64,000 nucleotides of DNA, from contig CAWFBR010000001.1 of NCBI GenBank assembly GCA_963814125.1, forward strand, positions 218,340-282,339. Direction: 5' to 3'. Both the position numbers and the translations under genes were made by a program. Positions 10,483-19,404 of the stretch are shown here, one piece after another (within the stretch, counting starts at the first letter, position 1; each line of letters begins with the position of its first letter). Source of the DNA: an uncultured Chloroflexia bacterium (lineage in GTDB: Bacteria > Chloroflexota > Limnocylindria > Limnocylindrales > CSP1-4). The notes under the pieces were generated by a model. It saw nothing but the letters and a program-made list of their open reading frames with translations, did no database searches and was not told the origin of the DNA.

Positions 10483-11532
10483 TTGTACCGGTGGAGGCAG
10501 TCCCGGCCGATGCTACGCTGCGCCGACGTGCGGATCCTCTTCGCTCTGTTTGCGTTTGCCCTGGTCGTGAGGGCGCTGCTGTTCGGGTTGCACCCGGACG
10601 CGGCTTACCCCGACTCGTACTACTACGTGGACGTCGCTCGGGCGTTGCAGGCCGGACACGGCTTCAACATCGACTTCATCTACTCCTTCCTGGACGTCGG
10701 CGGCAGGATCCCGCCCAACCCCACCCTGCCGATCCCGAGCAACGGCTTCTGGATGCCTCTCGCCTCGATCGTCCAGGTGCCGACGATGTGGCTGCTCGGA
10801 CCCACAGCGCTTGCCTCCGCCCTGCCGTTCATCCTTGTCGGCTCGCTCGCCGCGCCGCTGACGTGGCTGGTTGCGAGAGAAATCGGCTGCCGGCCCGCGG
10901 TGGCTCTGGCGGCTGGAATCGCCGTAGCCAGTCCCGCGGCCTGGGGCAGGCTGCGAGCCTGGCGCTCAGGGGGTGCCCGAACGCCCGCGATACCGTGGCG
11001 ATATGCCTTGGCCTGCCTCGGCCTGTTCCTCCTCGCGATGGCGCCCTGGTACCTGCGCCAGCTGGCCGTCTTCGGCAGCCTCTCCCCGTCGTCGGGCTCC
11101 GGCAGTGTCTTCTTCATCCAGCACTACGACGACATCGAGCGCGTCGGCGGGGACATATCGCTGACGGCATACCTTGGCCAGGGTCTGGTCCCGCTCCTCA
11201 CCAGCCGGCTGGTCGGATTGGCGGCCGCGCTCGGCATCTTCGCCGTGCTTGCCCGTTCGCTGGCCCTCGCTCCGTTCGTGGTGGTTGGCGGTTGGGCCCA
11301 TATCGTCGCGCCACTCGCGCCGGTGATCGAATCGGTGGTGCGACCGAGCTGGCTGGGCCCGCCGATCTTCGTGATCCCGTACACATGGCCCCGGACCGGC
11401 GATCCGGCCGCGGACAGCGCGCCGGCTCTGGCGATCTACCCGGTCTGCATCGCCGCCACCGATACGCGCTGCGGGGCAGCCCCGGCCACTGCGCAGGTCC
11501 CCGGCGGCGCCGGGATCGAGTACCTGCCGTGA
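10483..11532 (+). CDS. GT-C fold membrane glycosyltransferase (ArnT/PMT_2-like, GT39/GT83 family)
   Basis: Multiple TM helices and an N-terminal loop motif PDSYYYVDVARALQAGHG (the ArnT/PMT D-E/Y…A…G loop). Divergent from the GT2 gene. Confidence 0.7.
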   Translation: MYRWRQSRPMLRCADVRILFALFAFALVVRALLFGLHPDAAYPDSYYYVDVARALQAGHGFNIDFIYSFLDVGGRIPPNPTLPIPSNGFWMPLASIVQVPTMWLLGPTALASALPFILVGSLAAPLTWLVAREIGCRPAVALAAGIAVASPAAWGRLRAWRSGGARTPAIPWRYALACLGLFLLAMAPWYLRQLAVFGSLSPSSGSGSVFFIQHYDDIERVGGDISLTAYLGQGLVPLLTSRLVGLAAALGIFAVLARSLALAPFVVVGGWAHIVAPLAPVIESVVRPSWLGPPIFVIPYTWPRTGDPAADSAPALAIYPVCIAATDTRCGAAPATAQVPGGAGIEYLP

Positions 11533-13238
11533 GTCGGCGCGAAGCCTGGATGAGTGCCGGCGCCGTCTTCGCCGTCGCACTCGTCGTTCGGGCGGTTGTC
11601 GCGGCCACGGTCGGCTTCCCGGTCCCGGAGGACACGGCCTACTACGCGGGCGTCGCCCGCAACCTAGTGGAGGGCCGGGGCCTTATCAGCGACGCCCTGT
11701 GGAGCTACCAGACCCAACCGCTGACGGTGCCGCGCGCGGCATTCGAGGTCTGGATGCCACTGCCGTCGCTCCTCGCGGCCGTGCCGATGGCGATCGCGGG
11801 TGCGGCCAACTGGTTCCGGGCCGCTCAAGTCGTTTCCGTGCTGGCTGGCTCGGGCCTCGCGGTGCTGGCATGGCGGCTCGGCGCCGACGTTGCCGCGGAG
11901 ATGCGACTGCCGGTCGGACGGGCACGGACGCTGAGCGTGGGCACGGGCCTGGTGGCGAGCCTGCTGGGCCCGCTTGTCGTCTACAGTGCCCTGCCCGACT
12001 CCACGGCCCTTTTCGCCTTGCTTGCCGTGGCGGCCTGCCTGGTCATGACCCGCATCGCCTCCAGGTCCGGGTCCGGCCTGGAGGCCGCAGTCCCGAGCCG
12101 GCAGCTGGTGGCCCTCGGCGCCATTCTCGGCCTTGCCGCCCTGACCCGCAGCGAGGCCATCTGGCTCGGGTTGGCCTGGTTGGCTATCGTGTGGCGCGGT
12201 TTGCCGACGCGGACTGTGGAGGGCTCACCGGCCGCCGCAACTGCCGAGGGAGCCGCCATCCGGTCTCCATCCCGCCGGTCGGAACGCCTTCGGCTGGCTC
12301 TCGTGCCCGGAGTCATCGCCGCGCTGGTCTTCGCCCCATGGGCCGTTCGAGACTGGCTGACGTTCGGCAGTCCGCTGCCCGGTCAGACGCTCAACAACGC
12401 CTTGTACGTAAGCAACGTCGACATCTTCGCGTACCGGGACCAACCATCCCTGGCCGGGTACCTGGCCCAAGGCCCGGCCGCGCTCATCGGGATGCACGTG
12501 GCCGGCATTGGCCACAACCTGTTCAACGTTCTGATCATCCCCGCTTTCCCGCTCGGCCTCATAGGGCTGCTCGTGCTCCCGAGAGTCTGGCGGCTCGCGT
12601 CGCTGCGGCCTCTCGTCCTGACCTCGCTCCTCATTTTCGCGGTCACCAGCCTGCTGTTCCCGGTCAGCACGCAGTCCGGCACTTTCTTGCACGCGGCGGG
12701 CGCGGTTCTGGTACTGATGATCGTCAGCAGCCTGGTCTGGTTCGACGCCTTGATCGTGTGGGTTGCGCGGTTGCGGCACTGGACCCGGCCGGTGGCCTGG
12801 CTCGGGCCCGCCTTCGCGATAGCAGTGACATTCCCCCTCACCGGAGTCTCGGTCTTCGCGGTCTCGCGCCAGGCCGAGGATGTCCGGGCCCGATACGAGG
12901 CGCTGCCTGCGGCAATGGCGCGCGCTGGAGTTCCTCTCGGAAAGGCCGGGCCGGTTATCACCAACTTCCCGATATGGCTGGCCGAGTCGGCTCGTATCCA
13001 GACGCTCGCCCTTCCTGAGGAACCGCCGGACGCCGTCCTGGACCTCGCCCATCGATTTGGGGCGAGTCTTCTCGTCATTCAGAATGACGATCTCAGGCAG
13101 TGGCCGGGTATCTTGACTCGCGACGCAACGGCGGCTGCGTGCTTCACAGAAGTCCCACTGACCAATTCCACGGGAGGAAAGCCAGTGGAAACCTCGCCCC
13201 TGGCACAAATACACGTATTCCGGATTGTCTGCCCATGA
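11529..13238 (+). CDS. GT-C fold membrane glycosyltransferase, paralog of the upstream gene
   Basis: Equivalent motif PEDTAYYAGVARNLVEGRG and many TM helices. A GTG start overlaps the upstream stop (GTGA); an alternative ATG is at 11550. Part of the 946-aa track ORF. Confidence 0.65.
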   Translation: MSRREAWMSAGAVFAVALVVRAVVAATVGFPVPEDTAYYAGVARNLVEGRGLISDALWSYQTQPLTVPRAAFEVWMPLPSLLAAVPMAIAGAANWFRAAQVVSVLAGSGLAVLAWRLGADVAAEMRLPVGRARTLSVGTGLVASLLGPLVVYSALPDSTALFALLAVAACLVMTRIASRSGSGLEAAVPSRQLVALGAILGLAALTRSEAIWLGLAWLAIVWRGLPTRTVEGSPAAATAEGAAIRSPSRRSERLRLALVPGVIAALVFAPWAVRDWLTFGSPLPGQTLNNALYVSNVDIFAYRDQPSLAGYLAQGPAALIGMHVAGIGHNLFNVLIIPAFPLGLIGLLVLPRVWRLASLRPLVLTSLLIFAVTSLLFPVSTQSGTFLHAAGAVLVLMIVSSLVWFDALIVWVARLRHWTRPVAWLGPAFAIAVTFPLTGVSVFAVSRQAEDVRARYEALPAAMARAGVPLGKAGPVITNFPIWLAESARIQTLALPEEPPDAVLDLAHRFGASLLVIQNDDLRQWPGILTRDATAAACFTEVPLTNSTGGKPVETSPLAQIHVFRIVCP

Positions 13239-14347
13239 AGGACGCCCCGTATACTCCAAGCGGTATGGACGCTGCCAGAGGCGCCGCAGAATCGCGTGAC
13301 TCGCGCTTCGACGAGTTGTACGCCGAGGCGAAATCCGCGCTGGGCTACGGGGCCAACAATCTCCGCTCTGTCACCGAGAGATACCGCGAGGCTTATCGCG
13401 ACACTCTGGGTCGCTGGCACCATCTCCGAGATGAGCTCGATGTATCCGACCGCGCCCCCCTGCCGCAGTCGGACAGCGGGGATCCGGAGGCCGCGGCCGA
13501 GGCGGGCGCGGAGGACGCTCGCCAGAAGGCGCTACGTGCCGAGGTCGAACGCCTTACCGGCGACCTGGGCCGGCACCAGCAGGAACTGTCCAAGCTCGAA
13601 CTCTCGGTCCGGAGCATGGAGAACTCCTGGCTCTTCCTCGAGCGCGGCGACGCCAGCCTCGTGGCCGAGGTCGCCGACGCGGGCCTGGCCACCGACTTCC
13701 AGATGCGCATCGTCCAGGCTCAGGAGGCCGAGAGATCGCGGCTCGCGCAGGAGGTCCACGATGGGCCTGCTCAGGCCCTGTCCAATGCCATCTTCCAGGT
13801 CGAGTACATCGAGCGCGTACTCAACGAGGACGTTCGGGTTGCCGGCAGTGAACTGCGCTTCCTGCGCGAGCTGCTGCGCCGTGAGTTGGGGGAGGTACGC
13901 ACCTTCATCAGCCAGCTGCGGCCCCCACTTCTCGACGAGCTCGGCCTGGACGGCTCGATCATGGACGCGGTCGAGAGCATGGCCGCCCTTACCGGCGCCA
14001 CCGTCGAGACCGAACTTCGAGCGCCCGGCGACGACCTGACCCCAACCCAGCAAACCGCCGTTCTGCGGATCGTCCAGGAAGCGCTCCAGAATGTCCGCAA
14101 GCACGCGGCCTCAAGTCGTACTGTCGTGTCGACGCGTACGGAGCCTGGAAGCTGGATCGTGGAGGTCTCCGACGACGGCCGCGGCTTCGACGTGAACGCG
14201 GTGGCGGCCAGGGGTCGACGCAACTTTGGCCTCCAATTCATGCGGGAGCGAGCCGATCTCATCGGTGCCCAGTTCGAGGTTCGATCACGGCAGGGCGGCG
14301 GGACTGTCGTCTGGCTGTCGATTCCAGTGGGAGAGGAGAGCACATGA
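13235..14347 (+). CDS. Cytoplasmic sensor histidine kinase, HisKA_3/NarL-type (DegS-like)
   Basis: Coiled-coil N-terminus, H-box EVHDGPAQALSNA, N-box IVQEALQNVRKHA, G1 box DDGRGFD, G2 box GLQFMRERA. The ATG overlaps the upstream GT-C stop (ATGA). Confidence 0.8.
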   Translation: MKDAPYTPSGMDAARGAAESRDSRFDELYAEAKSALGYGANNLRSVTERYREAYRDTLGRWHHLRDELDVSDRAPLPQSDSGDPEAAAEAGAEDARQKALRAEVERLTGDLGRHQQELSKLELSVRSMENSWLFLERGDASLVAEVADAGLATDFQMRIVQAQEAERSRLAQEVHDGPAQALSNAIFQVEYIERVLNEDVRVAGSELRFLRELLRRELGEVRTFISQLRPPLLDELGLDGSIMDAVESMAALTGATVETELRAPGDDLTPTQQTAVLRIVQEALQNVRKHAASSRTVVSTRTEPGSWIVEVSDDGRGFDVNAVAARGRRNFGLQFMRERADLIGAQFEVRSRQGGGTVVWLSIPVGEEST

Positions 14348-15087
14348 GTTCAACGGACCACAGCGGGTCGGACAGGCACCGGCCGGTGCCAGATGACCGC
14401 GGCGTAGAGAAGACGACAATCCTCCTGGTGGACGACCACACGCTGTTCCGCGTGGGCATGCGCCAGATCCTGGAGCGCGAACCGGGGTTCGACATCGTCG
14501 GAGAGGCCGACGACACCCGCAGCGCGTTCGATCTGGCGGTCCAGCTGTCGCCGGACATCATTCTCATGGATCTCTCCCTACCGGCCCCGGGGGGGATCGA
14601 GACGACGCAGCGCATCAAGCGCGAGCTGCCGTCGGCCGGGATCATCGTCCTGGCAGTGAACGAGGATGAGGACGCCCTCTTCGATGCCATCAAGGCCGGG
14701 GCGGCCGCCTTCATTCTCAAGGACGTCGCGCCCGACGACCTGGTCGCCATCATCCTTCGCGTCGCCGGCGGCGAGTACTTGATCAACGACAAGGTGTTTG
14801 CCAAGCCAGCCGTGGCGAGCCGCGTGCTCAAGGAGTTCCGCGAGCTGGCTATCTACGGCCAGGAAGCGGCCCCGATCTTCGCACCGCTGTCGCCGCGCGA
14901 GGTCGAGATCCTCGACAACATCGCCCAGGGAATGACGAACAAGCAGGTCGCCTACGCCCTGTCCATCAGCGAGCAAACCGTCAAGAACCACATGTCCAGC
15001 ATCCTGCGCAAGCTCAGCGTGAACGACCGCACCCAGGCCGTCGTGTACGCCATGCGTCAGGGCTGGATCCGGATGCCCGAGGACTGA
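14344..15087 (+). CDS. NarL/LuxR-family response regulator (REC + HTH_LuxR)
   Basis: ILLVDDHTLFRVG…IILMDLSLP receiver domain, and a C-terminal LSPREVEILDNIAQGMTNKQVAYALSISEQTVKNHMSSILRKL. Confidence 0.85.
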   Translation: MSSTDHSGSDRHRPVPDDRGVEKTTILLVDDHTLFRVGMRQILEREPGFDIVGEADDTRSAFDLAVQLSPDIILMDLSLPAPGGIETTQRIKRELPSAGIIVLAVNEDEDALFDAIKAGAAAFILKDVAPDDLVAIILRVAGGEYLINDKVFAKPAVASRVLKEFRELAIYGQEAAPIFAPLSPREVEILDNIAQGMTNKQVAYALSISEQTVKNHMSSILRKLSVNDRTQAVVYAMRQGWIRMPED

Positions 15088-15094
15088 GCTGCCC

Positions 15095-16261
15095 GTGGCC
15101 ATCGAACCGATGCCGCTCCCACTTCTCGAGCTCGCGGAGCGGGCCAGACGCGAAGTCGATCTTCTGACCCGGGAGATCGGCGAGTTGGAGCTGCTCGTCC
15201 AACAGGCCCGCACGGAAGCCAGCCGGCACGAGCAGAAGCGCTCCCAGGCTGCCGACAAGCTCAAACCTTCGGGCAAGGGATCCACCCCCGAGGTGGACAA
15301 CCAGGTCGAGCAGCTCCTGGCGTTGACCAAGCGCTCCGCGGTCATGGAGTCGCAGATCGAGATCCTCGAGGGCAAGCTCAAGATCCTGACCCGCTTCCGG
15401 GAGAGCCTGCGCCGCTACAGTTCCGAGCTGGACCGAGCATCGATGGGCGGTGCGATGCCCCAGCACACGTCGGGCAAGCTGGACACGAGCACGCCGCTCC
15501 CACCGGCAGTCTCGCGCCTGGTTCAGGCGGCTCAAGAAGACCTCCGCCGAGAGATCGCGCGGGCGATGCACGACGGCCCGGCCCAGAGCCTGACCAACAT
15601 CGTGCTTCAGGCCCAGATCGTGGAGCGGCTGCTGGAGCGCGACCCGGCCGCGGCCAGGGCGGAGATCGGGCAACTCGTGGCCATGGTCCAGCACACGCTC
15701 GACGCGACCAAGACATTCATCTTCGACGTGCGACCCATGGTCCTGGACGACCTCGGCCTCGTACCCACTCTCCGGCGAGTAGCACGGGATCGGGGCCGCC
15801 GTTCGCAGATTCCCATCGAATTCGAGTCGTACGGCACAGACCGCCGCCTGCCCATGGACGTCGAAAGCGCGCTCTTCCGCATCATCGACGAATCCGTCAC
15901 CGGCTTCCTATCGTGCCATCCGGACCGGATATCCATCCGCTTCGAATGGGCGGACAGCCCAGAGGCGCGCATCTCCGCCAAGCGCGAGGGTGTCGAAGAA
16001 CCCGACGAGCCCGAGTTCGAGACACCGTTGCCGGGGGACAAACATGGCCGGGCGGTCGATCGGGATCTCCCGGAGGCGCTCAAGGCGATGATCGACGAGA
16101 CACGGGCAGCCAAGGTGTCCCGCGCGGCCCGGACCAACCAGACGCTGGCCCTGCCCCCCAATACCTGGCGAGAGATTCAGCAGCGTGCGGCCACGATCGG
16201 CGTCACGGCCGAGCTCGTGGACGAAGGCCGGGAGGTCGTCCTGGTCCTGGCCGCGAGTTGA
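15095..16261 (+). CDS. DegS-like histidine-kinase paralog with a degenerate ATPase domain (probable pseudokinase, phosphatase or modulator)
   Basis: Coiled-coil N-terminus. The H-box is conserved (AMHDGPAQSLTNIVLQAQIVERL). The C-terminal half lacks the N-box Asn and the DxGxG/GxGL motifs (RIIDESVTGF…). Confidence 0.55.
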   Translation: MAIEPMPLPLLELAERARREVDLLTREIGELELLVQQARTEASRHEQKRSQAADKLKPSGKGSTPEVDNQVEQLLALTKRSAVMESQIEILEGKLKILTRFRESLRRYSSELDRASMGGAMPQHTSGKLDTSTPLPPAVSRLVQAAQEDLRREIARAMHDGPAQSLTNIVLQAQIVERLLERDPAAARAEIGQLVAMVQHTLDATKTFIFDVRPMVLDDLGLVPTLRRVARDRGRRSQIPIEFESYGTDRRLPMDVESALFRIIDESVTGFLSCHPDRISIRFEWADSPEARISAKREGVEEPDEPEFETPLPGDKHGRAVDRDLPEALKAMIDETRAAKVSRAARTNQTLALPPNTWREIQQRAATIGVTAELVDEGREVVLVLAAS

Positions 16262-16344
16262 CCGAAAGCCTGCCAGCCGCGGATCCGGGGGTTTGGTCGG
16301 AGTCGCCTGCAGAGAGACTCCGGAGACATCCAACGGCGAGTCTT

Positions 16345-16497
16345 CCTTCAACGGAACGGTCAGGGCATCAGTCCGGTCAGGGCCTGATCGAGTACGGGCT
16401 CATCCTCGTCTTGATGGCCGTGGTCTGCGTCGTGTCGCTGGTCTTCTTCGAGGACCAGCTCTCCTCCCTGCTGAGTCTGATCACGTCGGCCGTGTGA
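16345..16497 (+). pseudogene. Flp-pilin-like ORF without a canonical start codon
   Basis: The frame encodes …TERSGHQSGQGLIEYGLILVLMAVVCVVSLVFFEDQLSSLLSLITSAV (Flp motif G/xxEY + hydrophobic core). There is no in-frame ATG, GTG or TTG between 16261 and 16380. Confidence 0.35.
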
Positions 16498-16669
16498 TCG
16501 TTGCGTTGACAGCACGCGCCGACTTCGCCCATCAGGCACGCCGAACCGAGGTCGGGAAGGTGGGGTTACGGGCGGTCCCATTACCATCTTGCTAGTGGCG
16601 CCCGGAGGACCCGCCACCCAGAATACAGGTCATGCCTCCTATTGGAGGCGCACTTATCAGGAGGACATC

Positions 16670-16813
16670 ATGTTGTTCCGGTCCCAGAAGGGCCAGGGCC
16701 TCGCCGAGTACGCCCTGATTCTCGCACTCATCGCCATCCTCGCCATTGCCGCCCTCGGGCTCCTGAGCGGAAGCATCAACGGCATCCTCGAGGAGATCGG
16801 CAACAGCCTGTAA
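16670..16813 (+). CDS. flp: Flp/Fap family pilin (Tad pilus major subunit)
   Basis: MLFRSQKGQGLAEYALILALIAILAIAALGLLSGSINGILEEIGNSL. A strong RBS CAGGAGG lies 5 nt upstream of the ATG. The annotated upstream extension of this ORF in the track is spurious. Confidence 0.75.
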   Translation: MLFRSQKGQGLAEYALILALIAILAIAALGLLSGSINGILEEIGNSL

Positions 16814-16831
16814 CCGCCCCGCTGCGACAAG

Positions 16832-16868
16832 AAACGGGCCGCGCCTCAAGCGCGGCCCGTTTCGTTTG
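16832..16868 (+). terminator. Rho-independent terminator after flp
   Basis: Perfect hairpin AAACGGGCCGCGC-ctcaa-GCGCGGCCCGTTT, followed by a T-rich stretch (TCGTTTGTC). Confidence 0.6.
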
Positions 16869-17088
16869 TCCGGGAGAGACGCCGGCCAGATCGCCGGACG
16901 CGGGCCTCATGGCGATGTCACCTGGTCCAGGCGAACAAGCGTGCTCCAAACTGCCTGACATCCGCCCCCCATCCCGAGCAGATTCCGAGAATCCTTCCTA
17001 GAGTGCCTAGTCCATTGGTATAGTCGCAGTAAGGTTGTCCGCAAGGCTACCGTCGTGCCATCTGTCACATGTGCTCGGGAGTGTCGTC

Positions 17089-18057
17089 GTGAAACGATCG
17101 AATCGGCTGCTCATCCTGCTAGGGGTCTTTCTGGCGGTCGCCGGTGGCCTGGGGACGATGGTCCTCATCAACGGCAGCGGCAGCAATGGCGGCGGCGACA
17201 ACGGCGGCAACTCTGCGTCTCCAACACCTTCACCCGAACCCGTGACGACGGTCGTCGTCGCCAAGCAGAACATCGTTCTCGGCGACAAGATCACAGCGGC
17301 TATGGTCGACACCAAGAAAGTGACCATTTCCGAGCAGCAGCAGCTCGGCGCTGATACCTATTCCGATGTAAGCCAGGTGATCGGGAAGATCGCTGGAGGC
17401 AGCATCGTCAGCGGACAGGTACTCCTGGCGAGTCGTGATTTCCTGCCTCCTGGGACCGTGGCCGAGGGACAGGACATCGCGAGTCTTGTAGGGACCGGAA
17501 TGCTCGGCGTGATCGTGGAAGTCGACCAGTTGAACGGAGTGGGAACGCTGCTTGTGCCCGGCGACCGCGTGGACGTCATTCTGAGCGTGTATATGGATCA
17601 GGTAGCTCTGACGGCTGAGGACTCGAACAAGACGACGATCGCGCTGCCCGGCGGAAGCCGTGTGACCAGCAAGATGGTGATCCAGAATCGCAAGATTCTG
17701 ACCACGCTCCTCGCGCCGGCGGAGGCTGGAGCGAATCCCACTCCCGGCCCTTCGAGTGTCCCGGTAGCCGGACCCACTCAGGCGCTCGTCCAGAACACCG
17801 GGCGGCACATGCTGGTCCTGCTGGAGGTCAAGCCAGACGAGGCGGAGATCCTGCGTTGGGCTCAGCGCGAGGAGAGGACGGATCCCCCAACCTATATCGA
17901 CCTGTCGCTCGCTCTGAGGTCGGACAAGGACAACGATCTGCCCAACGCGACCACGCCGGGCATCACCTTCAAGATGCTCGTCGACAAGTACGGCGTCCTG
18001 CCGCTCGACCCGCGTGGCATTCTCCCGCCCGACCTGGCCCAGGGCGTCTCGTGGTAG
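17089..18057 (+). CDS. cpaB: Flp pilus assembly protein CpaB/RcpC (SAF domain)
   Basis: N-terminal TM helix, SAF-like region, 'ILSVYMDQ…' features. A GTG start is preferred because of an upstream GGGAG RBS. The track ORF starts at 17035. Confidence 0.7.
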   Translation: MKRSNRLLILLGVFLAVAGGLGTMVLINGSGSNGGGDNGGNSASPTPSPEPVTTVVVAKQNIVLGDKITAAMVDTKKVTISEQQQLGADTYSDVSQVIGKIAGGSIVSGQVLLASRDFLPPGTVAEGQDIASLVGTGMLGVIVEVDQLNGVGTLLVPGDRVDVILSVYMDQVALTAEDSNKTTIALPGGSRVTSKMVIQNRKILTTLLAPAEAGANPTPGPSSVPVAGPTQALVQNTGRHMLVLLEVKPDEAEILRWAQREERTDPPTYIDLSLALRSDKDNDLPNATTPGITFKMLVDKYGVLPLDPRGILPPDLAQGVSW

Positions 18058-18142
18058 AGCGCTCCGCCGACTCTCGGCGGAGCGAACGGCGAGAGGTCGG
18101 CCCCCATCGGCCTCTCCCGACAACTGGAAGCGACCGAGTTCG

Positions 18143-19372
18143 ATGACTGACCGGATCCGAGTTCTCATCGTCGACGACATTCCTGAGACAAGAGACCACC
18201 TCGTCAAGCTGCTCGGATTCGAGTCGGACATCGAAGTGATAGGCACGGCATCATCGGGAAATGAGGCCATCGAGATGGCCACCAAGCTGCTTCCTGATGT
18301 CATCCTGATGGACATCAACATGCCGGACATGGACGGCATAACCGCCACAGAGCGGCTCTCCTCCCACGTACCGACAGCCTCGGTCGTGATGATGTCCGTT
18401 CAAGGAGAGGCCGACTACCTCCGCCGTTCAATGCTCGCCGGCGCTCGTGAGTTTCTGGTCAAACCGTTCAGCAGCGACGAGCTGACGGCCTCGATCCGGC
18501 AGGTGAGCGAGCGCGAGCGCGAGAAAGTCGGGCGCGCCGTCGTCGTCGCCGCGCGTGCGCTGGAGCTCTCCGAAGAGGGGCGGGTGGTGGCCGTGTTCAG
18601 CCCAAAGGGGGGCGTGGGCCGAACCACAATTGCCGTCAACCTCGCCGTGGCCGCGGCTTCGGAGCTTGGCAAGAAGGTCACGCTCGTCGACGCGTCGTTC
18701 CAGTTCGGCGACGTAGCGGTGCTGCTGAACCTGAATCCAAAAGACAAGTCCATGGCCGAACTCGTGCCGCAGCTCGAGGGCGCGGGCGACCCGGACTCGG
18801 TCGAGGCTTACACCCAGAACCACTCGTCCGGCATTCGCGTCCTGCTCGCGCCGCCATCGCCGGAGATGGCCGAACTGATTACCCCAGCGGGCGTGAAGCA
18901 CGTCCTCGAGATCCTTCGCCAGCGCAACGAGCTGGTAGTTGTCGATTGCGCTGCCTGGTTCAATGACGCGACTCTGGGTATCCTGGACCTGGCCGACATA
19001 ATACTGACGGTGCTGACCCTTGAGATCACCAGCATCAAGAACACGCGACTGTTCCTCGAAGTGGCGGAGCAGCTCGGCTACGCGCACAAGGTCCGGCTTG
19101 TCCTCAACAGAGCCGACACCACTCTTGGCATCAGGGTCGCGGATGTCGAGCACTCGATCGGCCGCAAAGTCGACCACACCATCGTCAGCGACGGGCGAGC
19201 GGTCGTATACGCCCTCAACAGGGGCGTTCCTTTCGTCTTGAGCAATCGTGAGAGCCAGGTCTCGCAGGACGTGTTTCGTCTAGCAGCATCGATACTCGGA
19301 AGCCCAGAGCCGCGCGAAGAGGAAAGCCGCAAGGCACCCCAGAAGGGCAAGTCCCTCTTCGCATGGAGATAG
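18143..19372 (+). CDS. TadZ/CpaE pilus-assembly ATPase (ParA/MinD-like) with an N-terminal canonical receiver domain
   Basis: REC: IRVLIVDDIPETRDHL…VILMDINMPDMDG. ATPase: VFSPKGGVGRTTIAVNLA. Start at MTDRIRV inside the track ORF. Confidence 0.8.
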   Translation: MTDRIRVLIVDDIPETRDHLVKLLGFESDIEVIGTASSGNEAIEMATKLLPDVILMDINMPDMDGITATERLSSHVPTASVVMMSVQGEADYLRRSMLAGAREFLVKPFSSDELTASIRQVSEREREKVGRAVVVAARALELSEEGRVVAVFSPKGGVGRTTIAVNLAVAAASELGKKVTLVDASFQFGDVAVLLNLNPKDKSMAELVPQLEGAGDPDSVEAYTQNHSSGIRVLLAPPSPEMAELITPAGVKHVLEILRQRNELVVVDCAAWFNDATLGILDLADIILTVLTLEITSIKNTRLFLEVAEQLGYAHKVRLVLNRADTTLGIRVADVEHSIGRKVDHTIVSDGRAVVYALNRGVPFVLSNRESQVSQDVFRLAASILGSPEPREEESRKAPQKGKSLFAWR

Positions 19373-19404
19373 ATGCCCTCCCGGGCCACCAAGGGGTGTA
19401 GGCA

